A DNA stretch of 64,000 bases, from positions 2,688,001 to 2,752,000 of the forward strand of contig OY782781.1 in NCBI GenBank assembly GCA_963678315.1, given 5' to 3'. The translations under genes were made by a program, and so were the position numbers. This DNA is from Candidatus Cloacimonadales bacterium (GTDB lineage Bacteria; Cloacimonadota; Cloacimonadia; Cloacimonadales; JAFGVF01). Every line of letters starts with the position of its first letter. The first letter of the stretch is position 1. The notes under the pieces are model-generated. The model was given only the letters and a program-made list of their open reading frames with translations, was not told where the DNA came from and ran no database searches. Below, in pieces: positions 1 to 10,129 of the stretch.

Positions 1-519
1 TGAAGGTAAATCTAGATAATAGTGCACTTCATTGAGAATTTCTAGTTGTGTATCATTGTTAATCATTTGAGCCTTAACAAGAATTGATTGCTGCGTTTGT
101 GAGTTATATTCTACTGTTAGATAAAAGAATTCTCCATCATAACATATTGATTCAAAACCTTCATAGCCAGGAAGAAGTTTATAGGTCTTGTTGTTTACTA
201 CTTCTACGGATTTAGGAGCTAATTCATACTTTCCATTTTTCTTGATTGCCTTATTGATTTCTTTAGAATCAAGAAGAAAGATAACATCTTTGCCAAGTTC
301 CTGCCTAAAATAGGATGGATATTGTGGGAGCATGACTAGCATATCATCATACCAACATAATCCTGAAAATTCAGCATTAACATTTGAAGTTTCTTCATTC
401 AATTTCAATTCTACTACAATACTTTCATTGTTACTATAATCACTAGATGAAAACACATGACATCCTGTTAAAATAGTAAGAAGAACTAAAACTATTATAT
501 ATTTCCTGTTAAATTTCAT
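1..519 (-). CDS. Hypothetical lipoprotein, truncated by the window edge
   Basis: Not in the ORF track. Hand translation from ATG 519: MKFNRKYIIVLVLLTILTGC (lipobox LTGC), open to position 1. GGGGA SD-like motif upstream. Confidence 0.75.
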   Translation of the reverse strand, partial: MKFNRKYIIVLVLLTILTGCHVFSSSDYSNNESIVVELKLNEETSNVNAEFSGLCWYDDMLVMLPQYPSYFRQELGKDVIFLLDSKEINKAIKKNGKYELAPKSVEVVNNKTYKLLPGYEGFESICYDGEFFYLTVEYNSQTQQSILVKAQMINNDTQLEILNEVHYYLDLPS

Positions 520-635
520 AACTTTATCCCCTAATTATAATCATTGGCAATTTAATTTTTCCTATATTCTAGTAAAGTAAAAAAGATAAAATGTTCTTTC
601 AGTATTAGTTTAAGAATTTACATTTCATATTATTC

Positions 636-1199
636 CTACTCGGTAACTTTCTTTCTACGTCCTCTTGTAGTAGTTGTTTTAGGTGCCGATTCTTCTTTAG
701 GGGTTTCCTTCTTCTTTCTTGTTCTCGGAGAAGGTTTTTTTACTGATTCATCCTTTTCGATAGGATCAACCTTATCTAGATTATTATAGCTTATCGGTTC
801 TGTAATCTTTTGTTGTTTCATTTCGATTTTAATTACTGGCTCAATTTTATGAGTGACGATAAATAACTCTTTACCTCTTGTTAATGCAATCTTCTTTTCA
901 ATATCCATTGCATCAAGTTGAGATTTTTCAACAACTTCTTCAATCATACCTGTTTTCTTATCAACAATTTGAATAAACATTTGTTTTGTTGCCATAAAGA
1001 CTACCTCCATCTTATATTTATCTGGGAATTTATTAATCATTTCCTTTACAAAGGTCTGATACTTCCTTCTATTTTTATTGTAATAGAAAGGGAAAACTTC
1101 ACAATTAGTTAAATAAGGGCAGACAGCACATAACGATGGTGTGATTAATCTATATTTGTTTCTTTCACATGTAAGAAACTTAGATCTACGTCTAGCCAT
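636..1199 (-). CDS. Hypothetical protein with N-terminal Cys cluster and Lys/Arg-rich low-complexity tail
   Basis: 187 aa ORF; AAGGAG SD 7 nt upstream; C-x12-C-x2-C-x4-C near the N-terminus. Confidence 0.75.
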   Translation of the reverse strand: MARRRSKFLTCERNKYRLITPSLCAVCPYLTNCEVFPFYYNKNRRKYQTFVKEMINKFPDKYKMEVVFMATKQMFIQIVDKKTGMIEEVVEKSQLDAMDIEKKIALTRGKELFIVTHKIEPVIKIEMKQQKITEPISYNNLDKVDPIEKDESVKKPSPRTRKKKETPKEESAPKTTTTRGRRKKVTE

Positions 1200-1534
1200 T
1201 ACTTAACTCCTTAAACTTAAATTTATATCTTTATAAAACACTAACAAAATAAGTCAATGATTATCTTAAAAAAATTTAAGGATACTTAATTTATTAACTC
1301 AAGCTTGTTGGTATATAGTTTGTTCTATTAAGAATTTCTGAGCAACAACACAAATCTGTACTCAACTTAAGTATTACTTAAGATATACTTATTTATTTTA
1401 AAACTGGATAATACTTTTGGGCTTATTCAAAGATTAAAGGTCTTATTTTTGTCAGCTTTCATGCATTATCGGGTTTAGTTTGTGAATTATATTTTAGATC
1501 TTAATTCCTATTTATAAAAAAAACAATAATTAAT

Positions 1535-1563
1535 TTGACAAGTTTGTATTTTAGTTTCATAGT
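1535..1563 (+). promoter_or_regulatory. Putative sigma70 promoter of the histidine kinase cluster
   Basis: TTGACA-17 nt-CATAGT, about 20 nt upstream of ATG 1583. Confidence 0.45.
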
Positions 1564-1582
1564 AACATTTAAGGAGAGACAG

Positions 1583-3502
1583 ATGCAAGAACCGGTTTTT
1601 TTAGACGAGATGTTAAATTACATCAATAACAAGGAAATAGATAAATTTGAGGCTAGATTTAAAGAGTTACAAAGCTCATATCCAGATGATTCTTGTGAGT
1701 TTATTGAATTGCTATTAATCCGTTTCTCTTTCATTTACTTTATACATAGAGATATGGCTAAATTAAAAGAGTTTGTTGAAAAATATCAATCAAATATTTT
1801 AGATAGCGGATGTATAAAGCAACAAATTAAATTTTTGACAAATGCTGGAATTGTCTACGTTAATTCGGGAGATACATCTAAAGCTCTGTCCAATTATAAA
1901 GAAGCAATGAAACTAGCGAAAGATAATCATGAAACAAGATACTTGGTTGGGATTTATGCTAATATTGCTTCGATATATACAAAAAGGAATAAATTTCACC
2001 AATCATTAAAATACTTGACATTAGCCTATAACATTGCTCAGGATAATCAAGAAGGGGCTAATTTCTCACACCTATTATCAAACTTAGGTGTAGTTTATAT
2101 GAACTTACAAGACTTTAAAAATGCAGAATTCTTTTTTAAAACCGCTTATAAGACTTATGTCTCACCATCAAAGCATAGTTTATTATCTTTATATACTAAT
2201 TTAGCATTAACCTACTCAAATCTCGGTAATTTTAGTGCTGCAGATAAATTCTTGCAGAAATTTGCAGAAGAATCCCTAGATGACAAAGTCCCTCCAACAT
2301 TAAAGATAGCAAACAAAAGAATAAAAGCACTTAACTATTATAATCAAAAACAATATGATCAAGCCTATAAGATTCTATCGGACTTATACAGATCAATAGA
2401 AGATATTGAAAGTGAAGATGAACAATTAAAAATAAAAGCAAATTATTTACTAACTGTCTCTGCCTATGGTAAGTACGATATCGTTTCTAGCCTCTTAGAA
2501 GATATTGAGAACAATAATAATCTCATTAAGCACCCAACGATTTATAGAATTTATTTAGAGGCTAAGATCATTTATTATGAAGAACAAGGTGATATTGAGA
2601 ATGCTCTTAAATATTCCAAGGAATTAAATGCTTTCTTAGATAAAGAGAATTATAAGATTAATATCTCTTCATTAGATGAAATCACAAAAATACTAAATGA
2701 TTCGAACAAGAGTATCGCTATGACTGCTTATGAAGAGAAAATTACAGAATTAAACAACACAAATAATGAGTTGATTCTTCAGAAAGAATTATTCCTTAAT
2801 TCTCTTGAAGACTTAAGAAAAGAAAAATCGATTAGAGATAGATTTATATCTATTATTACTCATGATGTTAGATCTCCAATTGGGAATATCTTACAACTTC
2901 TAGAGATGATAGAAGACTTTAATGATATTAATGAACAAAAAGAAATTATTGGTGAAATTAAATCGTCGATGTCAAAGACATATATTTTGATAAATGACTT
3001 AGTTTCATGGGCAAAAGAAATAATAGAACAACAACAAGTTAGTCTATCTAGATTCAATTGTAGAGAACTTATTCATAATTTAGAAGATTTATATTCTAAC
3101 CAACTAAAGAGAAAAGGTATAACAATCTTCAACCAAGTCTCAGATAAACATATTATCAGAGGATATAAAGAATCAATAAAGACTTGTTTTAGAAACATCC
3201 TGAATAACGCGATTAAGTACTCATACCAAAATACATCTATAATGGTTTCAGAAAGAATTGAGGAAGATAACATTGTTTATGTGATAACTAACCGAGGGGC
3301 TGGAATATCTCAAAAAAATATTGATAATTTATTCAATGTTTCAAAAATATCAGCACTTGGAACAGATAATGAAACAGGAATAGGTATTGGTTTGATTCTT
3401 GTTAAAGAACTTGTTAGGAAAAACAATGGTTCAATTAAATGTACGTCTGTTGTTAATGATTCTACAACATTTGAGTTATCTTTTCCATTAGTGAAACAAT
3501 AA
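1583..3502 (+). CDS. TPR-domain sensor histidine kinase (soluble), paralog 1
   Basis: TPR repeats; H-box HDVRSP; N-box NILNNAIKYS; G2 GIGIGL. Start moved to ATG 1583 after AAGGAG. Confidence 0.9.
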   Translation: MQEPVFLDEMLNYINNKEIDKFEARFKELQSSYPDDSCEFIELLLIRFSFIYFIHRDMAKLKEFVEKYQSNILDSGCIKQQIKFLTNAGIVYVNSGDTSKALSNYKEAMKLAKDNHETRYLVGIYANIASIYTKRNKFHQSLKYLTLAYNIAQDNQEGANFSHLLSNLGVVYMNLQDFKNAEFFFKTAYKTYVSPSKHSLLSLYTNLALTYSNLGNFSAADKFLQKFAEESLDDKVPPTLKIANKRIKALNYYNQKQYDQAYKILSDLYRSIEDIESEDEQLKIKANYLLTVSAYGKYDIVSSLLEDIENNNNLIKHPTIYRIYLEAKIIYYEEQGDIENALKYSKELNAFLDKENYKINISSLDEITKILNDSNKSIAMTAYEEKITELNNTNNELILQKELFLNSLEDLRKEKSIRDRFISIITHDVRSPIGNILQLLEMIEDFNDINEQKEIIGEIKSSMSKTYILINDLVSWAKEIIEQQQVSLSRFNCRELIHNLEDLYSNQLKRKGITIFNQVSDKHIIRGYKESIKTCFRNILNNAIKYSYQNTSIMVSERIEEDNIVYVITNRGAGISQKNIDNLFNVSKISALGTDNETGIGIGLILVKELVRKNNGSIKCTSVVNDSTTFELSFPLVKQ

Positions 3503-3518
3503 GAGATTGAGATAGAAA

Positions 3519-5444
3519 ATGCAAAAAGTAGAAAAAGTTAATGATCTAGTAAAATTAATAAAGACTAGAGATCAAAAGAGTTTTGAGATAGGTTATGAAT
3601 CACTATTAAAAAGAGCAAAAAAATATTCGAAAGACTATATTGAGTTGATTATCTTATGGGTAAACTACGAATACTTGTTTATTGGAGACTTTGTAAAACT
3701 GTTTAATTATACCCAGTCTATTGAAGACGATGTTCTTAAATATGGAGATAAACAGCAGAAAATTAAATTTTTAACTAACAAAGGAATAGTACTATCAAGG
3801 CTTAACAAAACCGACCAAGCTATAGACTTATATAAAGAGTTACTTGAAATATGTAAAGATGACGATATGAAAATATCAAGAGTAGGTATTTTAACTAACA
3901 TTGGGGTTGCTTACAGTCGTCAACAAGATTATATAAAATCACTTAGATATTTTCTGGAAGCTTACCAGCTGAACTTAAAGATTGAAAGTAATGTTAAAAT
4001 CACTACTTTATTAGTAAACATTGGATCAATCTATTTGAATTTAGAGTTGTTTGATAAAGCTATCTACTATTTTGAACTTGCTTTGAAAACTGTAGTTCCA
4101 TCTAGGGAATATACAAAACCTGTTATTTACACAAATTTAGTAACTACTTACTCTTTGATTAATGACTTTGATAATGCTGAAAGAATAATAGAACTTCTCG
4201 AAGAATATAAAGATGAGAACAATAAAGCTTTTCAAGTTTCTTATCATAAAGCGATTATTAATTATTATTCCCAAAAGAAGATGTATAAATCAGCATTGCA
4301 AGAGTTTGATACTGTAATTGAATTACAAAATGATGAAAACTATGCCCAACAAAACTTTGTTTTCAAACTTGATATTGCCAAAATCTATCTCAAAATGGGG
4401 CAAGCAGACAAGTGTCTTCAAATCTTTGATGAGATAGAGTGGTTAAGAAAAAAAAGTGGTTTTCCAGAAGACCTTAAACAGCTATTGGAGTTGAAACTAG
4501 AATACAATAAACATATAGGCAATTTGGAAAAAGCCCTTGAACTATCACTTAAATTAAACAATGTATTGAAAGATGATTTCAAGATGCTCCAAAATGACTT
4601 AATTGAAAATAATACAAGACCAGTGATTAGTAATACTAGTGATATTAATCAAGCAGCTTATGATGATAAGATCCACGAACTTGAAGAAATTAACAGTGAG
4701 CTTCATGTTAAAGAGCGTCTCTTAGTAGAATCCCTAAATGATTTGAGTTATGAATCTAAACTAAGAGAAAAATTTATTTCAATCATTAGTCATGATGTAA
4801 GAGCTCCTATTGGTAATATTATTCAATTATTAGAGATGTTTAATGAACAAGATGATGATAATGAGAAAGAAGAAATCTTATTGGATGTTATGGATGCCAT
4901 GAAACAAACCTATCTTTTAGCAAATGAGTTAGTTAACTGGTCAAAAGAAGTTATAGAAACAGAAAAATCAAGTTTGGAATCTGTAAACGTTAACACAATT
5001 ATTGGAGATATTGAACTGCTGTTTAAGAATCAGCTCACAGCTAAAAATCTGGTATTAGTTAATAGTACAAGAAACGAAAGTCTAATTCTATCACATGAGA
5101 CTTCTATTAAAACATGTTTTAGAAATATTATTCAAAATGCTATAAAGTATTCTGAGCCTTATAATAAAATTGAAGTTAATCAGTTTGAAGATAAGGATTT
5201 CGTAATTTATTCAATCAAAGATAGTGGACAAGGAATGACACAAGAGCAAGTTGATAATCTTTTCAACACAGGTAAAATTTCTGCTTTAGGAACAAGCAAA
5301 GAGAAAGGTATAGGCATTGGTTTAATTCTTGTTAAAGAGTTAGTATTAAAAAATGCTGGAGAAATATCATGCTCATCAACGCTAGGAAAGGGAACAACAT
5401 TTGAGCTCAAGTTTCCTATACAAAAATCAGAAATTTGTAAGTAA
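3519..5444 (+). CDS. TPR-domain sensor histidine kinase (soluble), paralog 2
   Basis: TPRs; SHDVRAPIG; NIIQNAIKYS; DSGQGM; GIGIGL; GKGTTF. Confidence 0.92.
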   Translation: MQKVEKVNDLVKLIKTRDQKSFEIGYESLLKRAKKYSKDYIELIILWVNYEYLFIGDFVKLFNYTQSIEDDVLKYGDKQQKIKFLTNKGIVLSRLNKTDQAIDLYKELLEICKDDDMKISRVGILTNIGVAYSRQQDYIKSLRYFLEAYQLNLKIESNVKITTLLVNIGSIYLNLELFDKAIYYFELALKTVVPSREYTKPVIYTNLVTTYSLINDFDNAERIIELLEEYKDENNKAFQVSYHKAIINYYSQKKMYKSALQEFDTVIELQNDENYAQQNFVFKLDIAKIYLKMGQADKCLQIFDEIEWLRKKSGFPEDLKQLLELKLEYNKHIGNLEKALELSLKLNNVLKDDFKMLQNDLIENNTRPVISNTSDINQAAYDDKIHELEEINSELHVKERLLVESLNDLSYESKLREKFISIISHDVRAPIGNIIQLLEMFNEQDDDNEKEEILLDVMDAMKQTYLLANELVNWSKEVIETEKSSLESVNVNTIIGDIELLFKNQLTAKNLVLVNSTRNESLILSHETSIKTCFRNIIQNAIKYSEPYNKIEVNQFEDKDFVIYSIKDSGQGMTQEQVDNLFNTGKISALGTSKEKGIGIGLILVKELVLKNAGEISCSSTLGKGTTFELKFPIQKSEICK

Positions 5445-5452
5445 AATTCAAA

Positions 5453-7360
5453 ATGAAATATGCAAGTGAATTTAAAGAATTATCTAGATTGTTCAGAGAA
5501 AAAAAGAAAGAACAGATAGCTAACAAGATTAATGATTTGAAATCCAAAATAGACTATCAAACTGAAGATTATGCTGAACTTTTTATTATGGAGTTAACTT
5601 ACATTTTCATGTTTGAAGGAAATTTTAAATTACTGCTATCAAGAATTAACGAAGAAGAAAAGCATATACTAAAAGTTGCCAACAAGCTTCAAAAGATTAG
5701 GTTATATGGAAACAAAGGAATAGTTTTAGCAAAATTAAGTTATTTTAAAGATGCTCTAGTATCATATCATGATGGGCTCAGTATTTGTACAAAAGAATTG
5801 GTTACTGAAAAAATAAGTTTATTAACTAATATTGGGGTAACTCACAATCGTAAAAAAGACTATATTCTAGCTCTTAAATACTTCTTAGAAGCTTATGACT
5901 TGTACAAGAATAGTGAAAGCGATATTAAACTTACTTCATTGTTAACAAATATAGGAGTGCTATATTTAAATCTTGAGATGTACCCTAATGCTATTACATA
6001 TTTAGAAATGTGTTTGGATACTCTTAGTGAAACAAGAGATTTCACAAAAAACCACATCTACATAAACCTCATTATAGCTCATTCACTCAACAAAGATTTT
6101 AAGAAAGCAGATTATTACCGACATTTAACTGAAACTGATAGCTCGTCCTATTCTAAGGCTTATGAAATTCAACTTCATAAAGCAATGGCAATTTATTATT
6201 ATAGTAAGAGGGATTTAACTAATTCAATAAATGAGTATAAACTAATTGAAAGTAAAGTGGATGAAAGGCGAGATAGTTCTGATAAAATACAATCCTGTTT
6301 AGCCACTTCAAAAAATTATTTCGAACTTAATGATTTAGAAAAATGTAAATACTATATTGATAAAATTGATCAAATCGGTAATGTAGAGAAATATGACAAT
6401 TTATATTTTGATTATTTGAAACTATGTAGAGATTATTACGAGCAAATTGGAGATATTCAAAGTGCTTATGTATATTCAAAAGACCTTGATAATGCTAATA
6501 GCTTAAAATATAAAAATCTAAAAATAAATATTCTCAACCATACCATGATTAACTTACATTCAGGTAAATATAATTTTAGCAGAGATGCTTATAATGAAAA
6601 GATAAATGAATTAAAGAACATTAATAATGAGCTTAAGGAACAAAAAAAGTTACTTTTAGAGTCGTTGAACGATTTATCTTATGAATCAGAGATAAGAGAG
6701 AAATTCATATCAATAATTAGTCATGATGTTAGAGCTCCAATTGGTAATATTATTCAAATGCTTGAAATGCTTGATGAATATGATGATATAGAGGAGCGAG
6801 AAGAAATACTAGAAGAAGTGATACATTCAATGAAACAAACATATTCATTAACAAATGAATTAGTAAATTGGGCTAAAGAGGTTATTGACAATAATATAAT
6901 ATCACAAGAATATATCAATATGACGGCATTAGTTGACGAAATATTTGAATTATATAATATGCAAATTAAGTCTAAAGCTATTATTTGTGAGAACAATATA
7001 AACTCTGATTTAGAGTTATTTGCACATAGAACATCCATCCAAACATGTTTTAGGAATATTATTCAGAATGCAATCAAATACTCCTTAGTCAAATCATCAA
7101 TTACAGTAAGTAATACAATAAGTGAGCAGAAAATTATCTTTTTTATTAAAGATACGGGGAAAGGAATGGAAGAAGAGCAACTAACAGGCCTTTTTGAAAC
7201 AAGCAGGCTTTCCACACTTGGAACTAATCAAGAATTGGGTATAGGTATTGGCTTACTACTTATAAAAGAGCTTGTTGTAAAAAATAATGGGACCATCTCT
7301 TGTGAATCTTCTCTTGGTAAAGGAACTACTTTTACATTAACTTTTCCTTTACATCAATAA
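5453..7360 (+). CDS. TPR-domain sensor histidine kinase (soluble), paralog 3
   Basis: TPRs; SHDVRAPIG; NIIQNAIKYS; DTGKGM; GIGIGL; GKGTTF. Confidence 0.92.
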   Translation: MKYASEFKELSRLFREKKKEQIANKINDLKSKIDYQTEDYAELFIMELTYIFMFEGNFKLLLSRINEEEKHILKVANKLQKIRLYGNKGIVLAKLSYFKDALVSYHDGLSICTKELVTEKISLLTNIGVTHNRKKDYILALKYFLEAYDLYKNSESDIKLTSLLTNIGVLYLNLEMYPNAITYLEMCLDTLSETRDFTKNHIYINLIIAHSLNKDFKKADYYRHLTETDSSSYSKAYEIQLHKAMAIYYYSKRDLTNSINEYKLIESKVDERRDSSDKIQSCLATSKNYFELNDLEKCKYYIDKIDQIGNVEKYDNLYFDYLKLCRDYYEQIGDIQSAYVYSKDLDNANSLKYKNLKINILNHTMINLHSGKYNFSRDAYNEKINELKNINNELKEQKKLLLESLNDLSYESEIREKFISIISHDVRAPIGNIIQMLEMLDEYDDIEEREEILEEVIHSMKQTYSLTNELVNWAKEVIDNNIISQEYINMTALVDEIFELYNMQIKSKAIICENNINSDLELFAHRTSIQTCFRNIIQNAIKYSLVKSSITVSNTISEQKIIFFIKDTGKGMEEEQLTGLFETSRLSTLGTNQELGIGIGLLLIKELVVKNNGTISCESSLGKGTTFTLTFPLHQ

Positions 7361-7396
7361 TCCTTTTAAATAAAATTTAATACAGAAGCATAGAAG

Positions 7397-9061
7397 TTAA
7401 AAACTAGTCTCTAAGCCAAAATGAATTAACCCATCTGAAAGATTGTTCCACCTTTCATTATATCCTAAGCCATATTCAAAGGTTAACATTCCTAATTTAG
7501 TAGATAATCGGAGGCCTATTCCTGTAGAATATAAGTGTCCTTTTCTGGTTTTAACATCATTACGTTCATATTCTAGATAAGCACAATCACCAAAAATAAA
7601 GATGTTGTTTTTCTGACCAAAAATATATCTTAACTCTGAATTGCTTAAGATGGTAAAAAAACCAGAAAACTGTTCTTGTTGAAATCCTCGAAGAGAGGCA
7701 AACCCTCCTAGTTTAAATTCTACATGATTGTTCAGATTACTTTTAGTTGAGTAGTTTAAAGAAAGTCTGTTAAAGACAACAAGCTTGTTTGAAACTGCAG
7801 AGACAAGCCCAATAGTACTTTCTGTAGTATTATATCCAGAACTATCTAATGATGATTTGTTATACTTAAAGCTAATCAAGACATCATGACCATTTAAAGG
7901 ATTATACAATCTATCATAAGAATTATGACTCCACTTCAACCCTATTGAATTAATTGTCTCGCTTGTCTCTTCACTTACTGATGATGTTACATCATAAGAT
8001 GAATATCCATAGAGAGCTGCGAAACTATGTGCTTGATAATCATAATTTAATGCAAGAGAAAGGGATGTTTGATTAGCAAGTGTATCATATTCGATTCTGT
8101 TAATATCTAGATCAGATGAAAAATCATACTCCATAAGTCCTGAATCATGGTATGAAAGCTGAATAATTCTCTTACTAGCTTGTAACTGATTCCATTTAAA
8201 ATCTATAGATCTATCTGTACCAAACAAATTCATAAATTCTAGACTTACAAAGCCTGTTATGGGATCTTCTTCATTGGCTGAGTTATATCCAGCTATACCT
8301 GAAAATCTGGTCATACTTGACTCTACAAGTTCTACTCTCAGTGTTTCATAATCAATAGGATATATTTTGCATTCACTAATATAAGTCTTAGCAAGAAATC
8401 TATTCTGATATGTATTTAACAAATCAGGAGTAATTGCTTTAGACCTGTCGAATCTGGCTATCTTATCTAACACTTTTGGCCTAGATACATTGTTACCAAC
8501 ATAGTCAGTATAGAGATGGCGAAAAGGTTTATTTTCTAAAATTCTGAAAGATATAAGTGCACCATCTTCTTTTTCGTGAATGGTATCAATATTTACTTGG
8601 GTGAAGAAATAACCACGATTGAGATACTCTTGCAATATAGTTTTTTTAATAGTATTTATATCATTTGTTGTATATTTTTTTGAGCTAAGTAAACTTTCTA
8701 AGATAGAAGATTTTACTGCAAAGTTGCCATTAAAGTTGTATCCAGATATATTATTTAAAACATATTCATTTATATCTATCTCAATATTAACTTCATTTGC
8801 TGAAATTGGAATTATTTTCGGAGTTTGAATACTTACAAAATAGATTTCTTTTTGTTGATATAGTTCTAAAATCCTTGAGGGAGCTTTATTTACTAAGACT
8901 ACATCAAGGCTATCTCCCTCATTAAAATTAATTTTTTGAAAGATCTGTTTACTATCTATTAGCTCATTGCCTTCGATGATTATGTTGTCAATAGTTACTG
9001 AGAATAGTCCAACATAAGAAACAATGATTAAGCTAATTAATAAATTAACCCATTTGCTCAT
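7397..9061 (-). CDS. Omp85 (BamA/TamA)-family outer membrane protein
   Basis: Signal peptide; POTRA-like IxIEGN and GYF motifs; LGG..SLRGF lid motif; C-terminal IHFGLETSF. Confidence 0.85.
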   Translation of the reverse strand: MSKWVNLLISLIIVSYVGLFSVTIDNIIIEGNELIDSKQIFQKINFNEGDSLDVVLVNKAPSRILELYQQKEIYFVSIQTPKIIPISANEVNIEIDINEYVLNNISGYNFNGNFAVKSSILESLLSSKKYTTNDINTIKKTILQEYLNRGYFFTQVNIDTIHEKEDGALISFRILENKPFRHLYTDYVGNNVSRPKVLDKIARFDRSKAITPDLLNTYQNRFLAKTYISECKIYPIDYETLRVELVESSMTRFSGIAGYNSANEEDPITGFVSLEFMNLFGTDRSIDFKWNQLQASKRIIQLSYHDSGLMEYDFSSDLDINRIEYDTLANQTSLSLALNYDYQAHSFAALYGYSSYDVTSSVSEETSETINSIGLKWSHNSYDRLYNPLNGHDVLISFKYNKSSLDSSGYNTTESTIGLVSAVSNKLVVFNRLSLNYSTKSNLNNHVEFKLGGFASLRGFQQEQFSGFFTILSNSELRYIFGQKNNIFIFGDCAYLEYERNDVKTRKGHLYSTGIGLRLSTKLGMLTFEYGLGYNERWNNLSDGLIHFGLETSF

Positions 9062-10112
9062 TTAGGTCTGCTTCTATGAGTTTGTGTAATTCAGAAACTA
9101 AGTCTGTTTCCTTTACTTTCTTTATTACTTCTCCTTTCTTAAATAGGAGTCCTTCATTGCTACCACCGGCTATACCATAATCAGCTTCTCTAGCTTCTCC
9201 TGGACCATTAACAATACATCCCATAACAGCAACAGTTATGTTTTTATCCTTAAAATCAATGAGATCTTTTTCTACTTCTTGTGCTAAAGATATTAAATCT
9301 ATTTTGGTCCTTCCACAAGTTGGACAGGATATGATTTGCATACCTTGTTTAAGGTTTAAGCCTAGTAATATTTCTCTAGCCACATGTACTTCATCTACAG
9401 GGTTTGAGGTTAATGAAACTCTTATAGTATCTCCTATTCCTTCATGAAGTAGTATTCCAATACCTATAGCCGATTTCACAGTTCCTCGAACAAATGTTCC
9501 AGCTTCTGTTACGCCCAAGTGTAGTGGATAATCAACACGCTTACTTAGTTCACGATAACTATCAAGCATTAAATCTATATTAGAAGATTTCACAGAAATC
9601 TTAATATTGTTATAGTTTAAATCCTCTAAAATACGTACATGTTCAATGGCAGATTCTACAATTGCATCTTTGCCAAATCCATATTTACTGATTATTTGCT
9701 TGGATAGTGACCCTCCATTAACTCCAATTCTTATTGGAATATTCTTATCCGAAGCAGCTTTAACCACTTCCTTGACTTTCCATACATCACCAATATTTCC
9801 AGGATTTAATCTTAAACCATCAATACCATTTTTTATTGATTCTAGAGCTAGCTTATAATCAAAGTGAATATCAGCAATTGTTGGTATTTTTACTTTAGGT
9901 AATATTTGTTTAAGAGAATCAGCTGAATCCATATCCGGCACAGCTAATCTAATTATCTCACAACCTGCTTTTTCCAATTCATAAATCTGATTTAAGGTTG
10001 AAGTAACATCAGCAGTATTTGTGTTAGTCATTGATTGTATTGAAATAGGTGCATCTCCACCAATATGAATGTTTCCCAATGAAATTTGTCTAGTTTTATT
10101 TCGTATAATCAT
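9045..10112 (-). CDS. ispG: 4-hydroxy-3-methylbut-2-en-1-yl diphosphate synthase
   Basis: QSMTNT, ADIHF, RLNPGNIG, HLGVTEAG, SCPTCGR, GCIVNGPGEA. Confidence 0.97.
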   Translation of the reverse strand: MIIRNKTRQISLGNIHIGGDAPISIQSMTNTNTADVTSTLNQIYELEKAGCEIIRLAVPDMDSADSLKQILPKVKIPTIADIHFDYKLALESIKNGIDGLRLNPGNIGDVWKVKEVVKAASDKNIPIRIGVNGGSLSKQIISKYGFGKDAIVESAIEHVRILEDLNYNNIKISVKSSNIDLMLDSYRELSKRVDYPLHLGVTEAGTFVRGTVKSAIGIGILLHEGIGDTIRVSLTSNPVDEVHVAREILLGLNLKQGMQIISCPTCGRTKIDLISLAQEVEKDLIDFKDKNITVAVMGCIVNGPGEAREADYGIAGGSNEGLLFKKGEVIKKVKETDLVSELHKLIEADLNEQMG

Positions 10113-10129
10113 AGCATCCTCCTATTTAC

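Noticed and set aside
1200..1582. Small signalling-peptide gene for the TPR kinases
   Set aside because: Only tiny ORFs without SD or signal-peptide character were seen.
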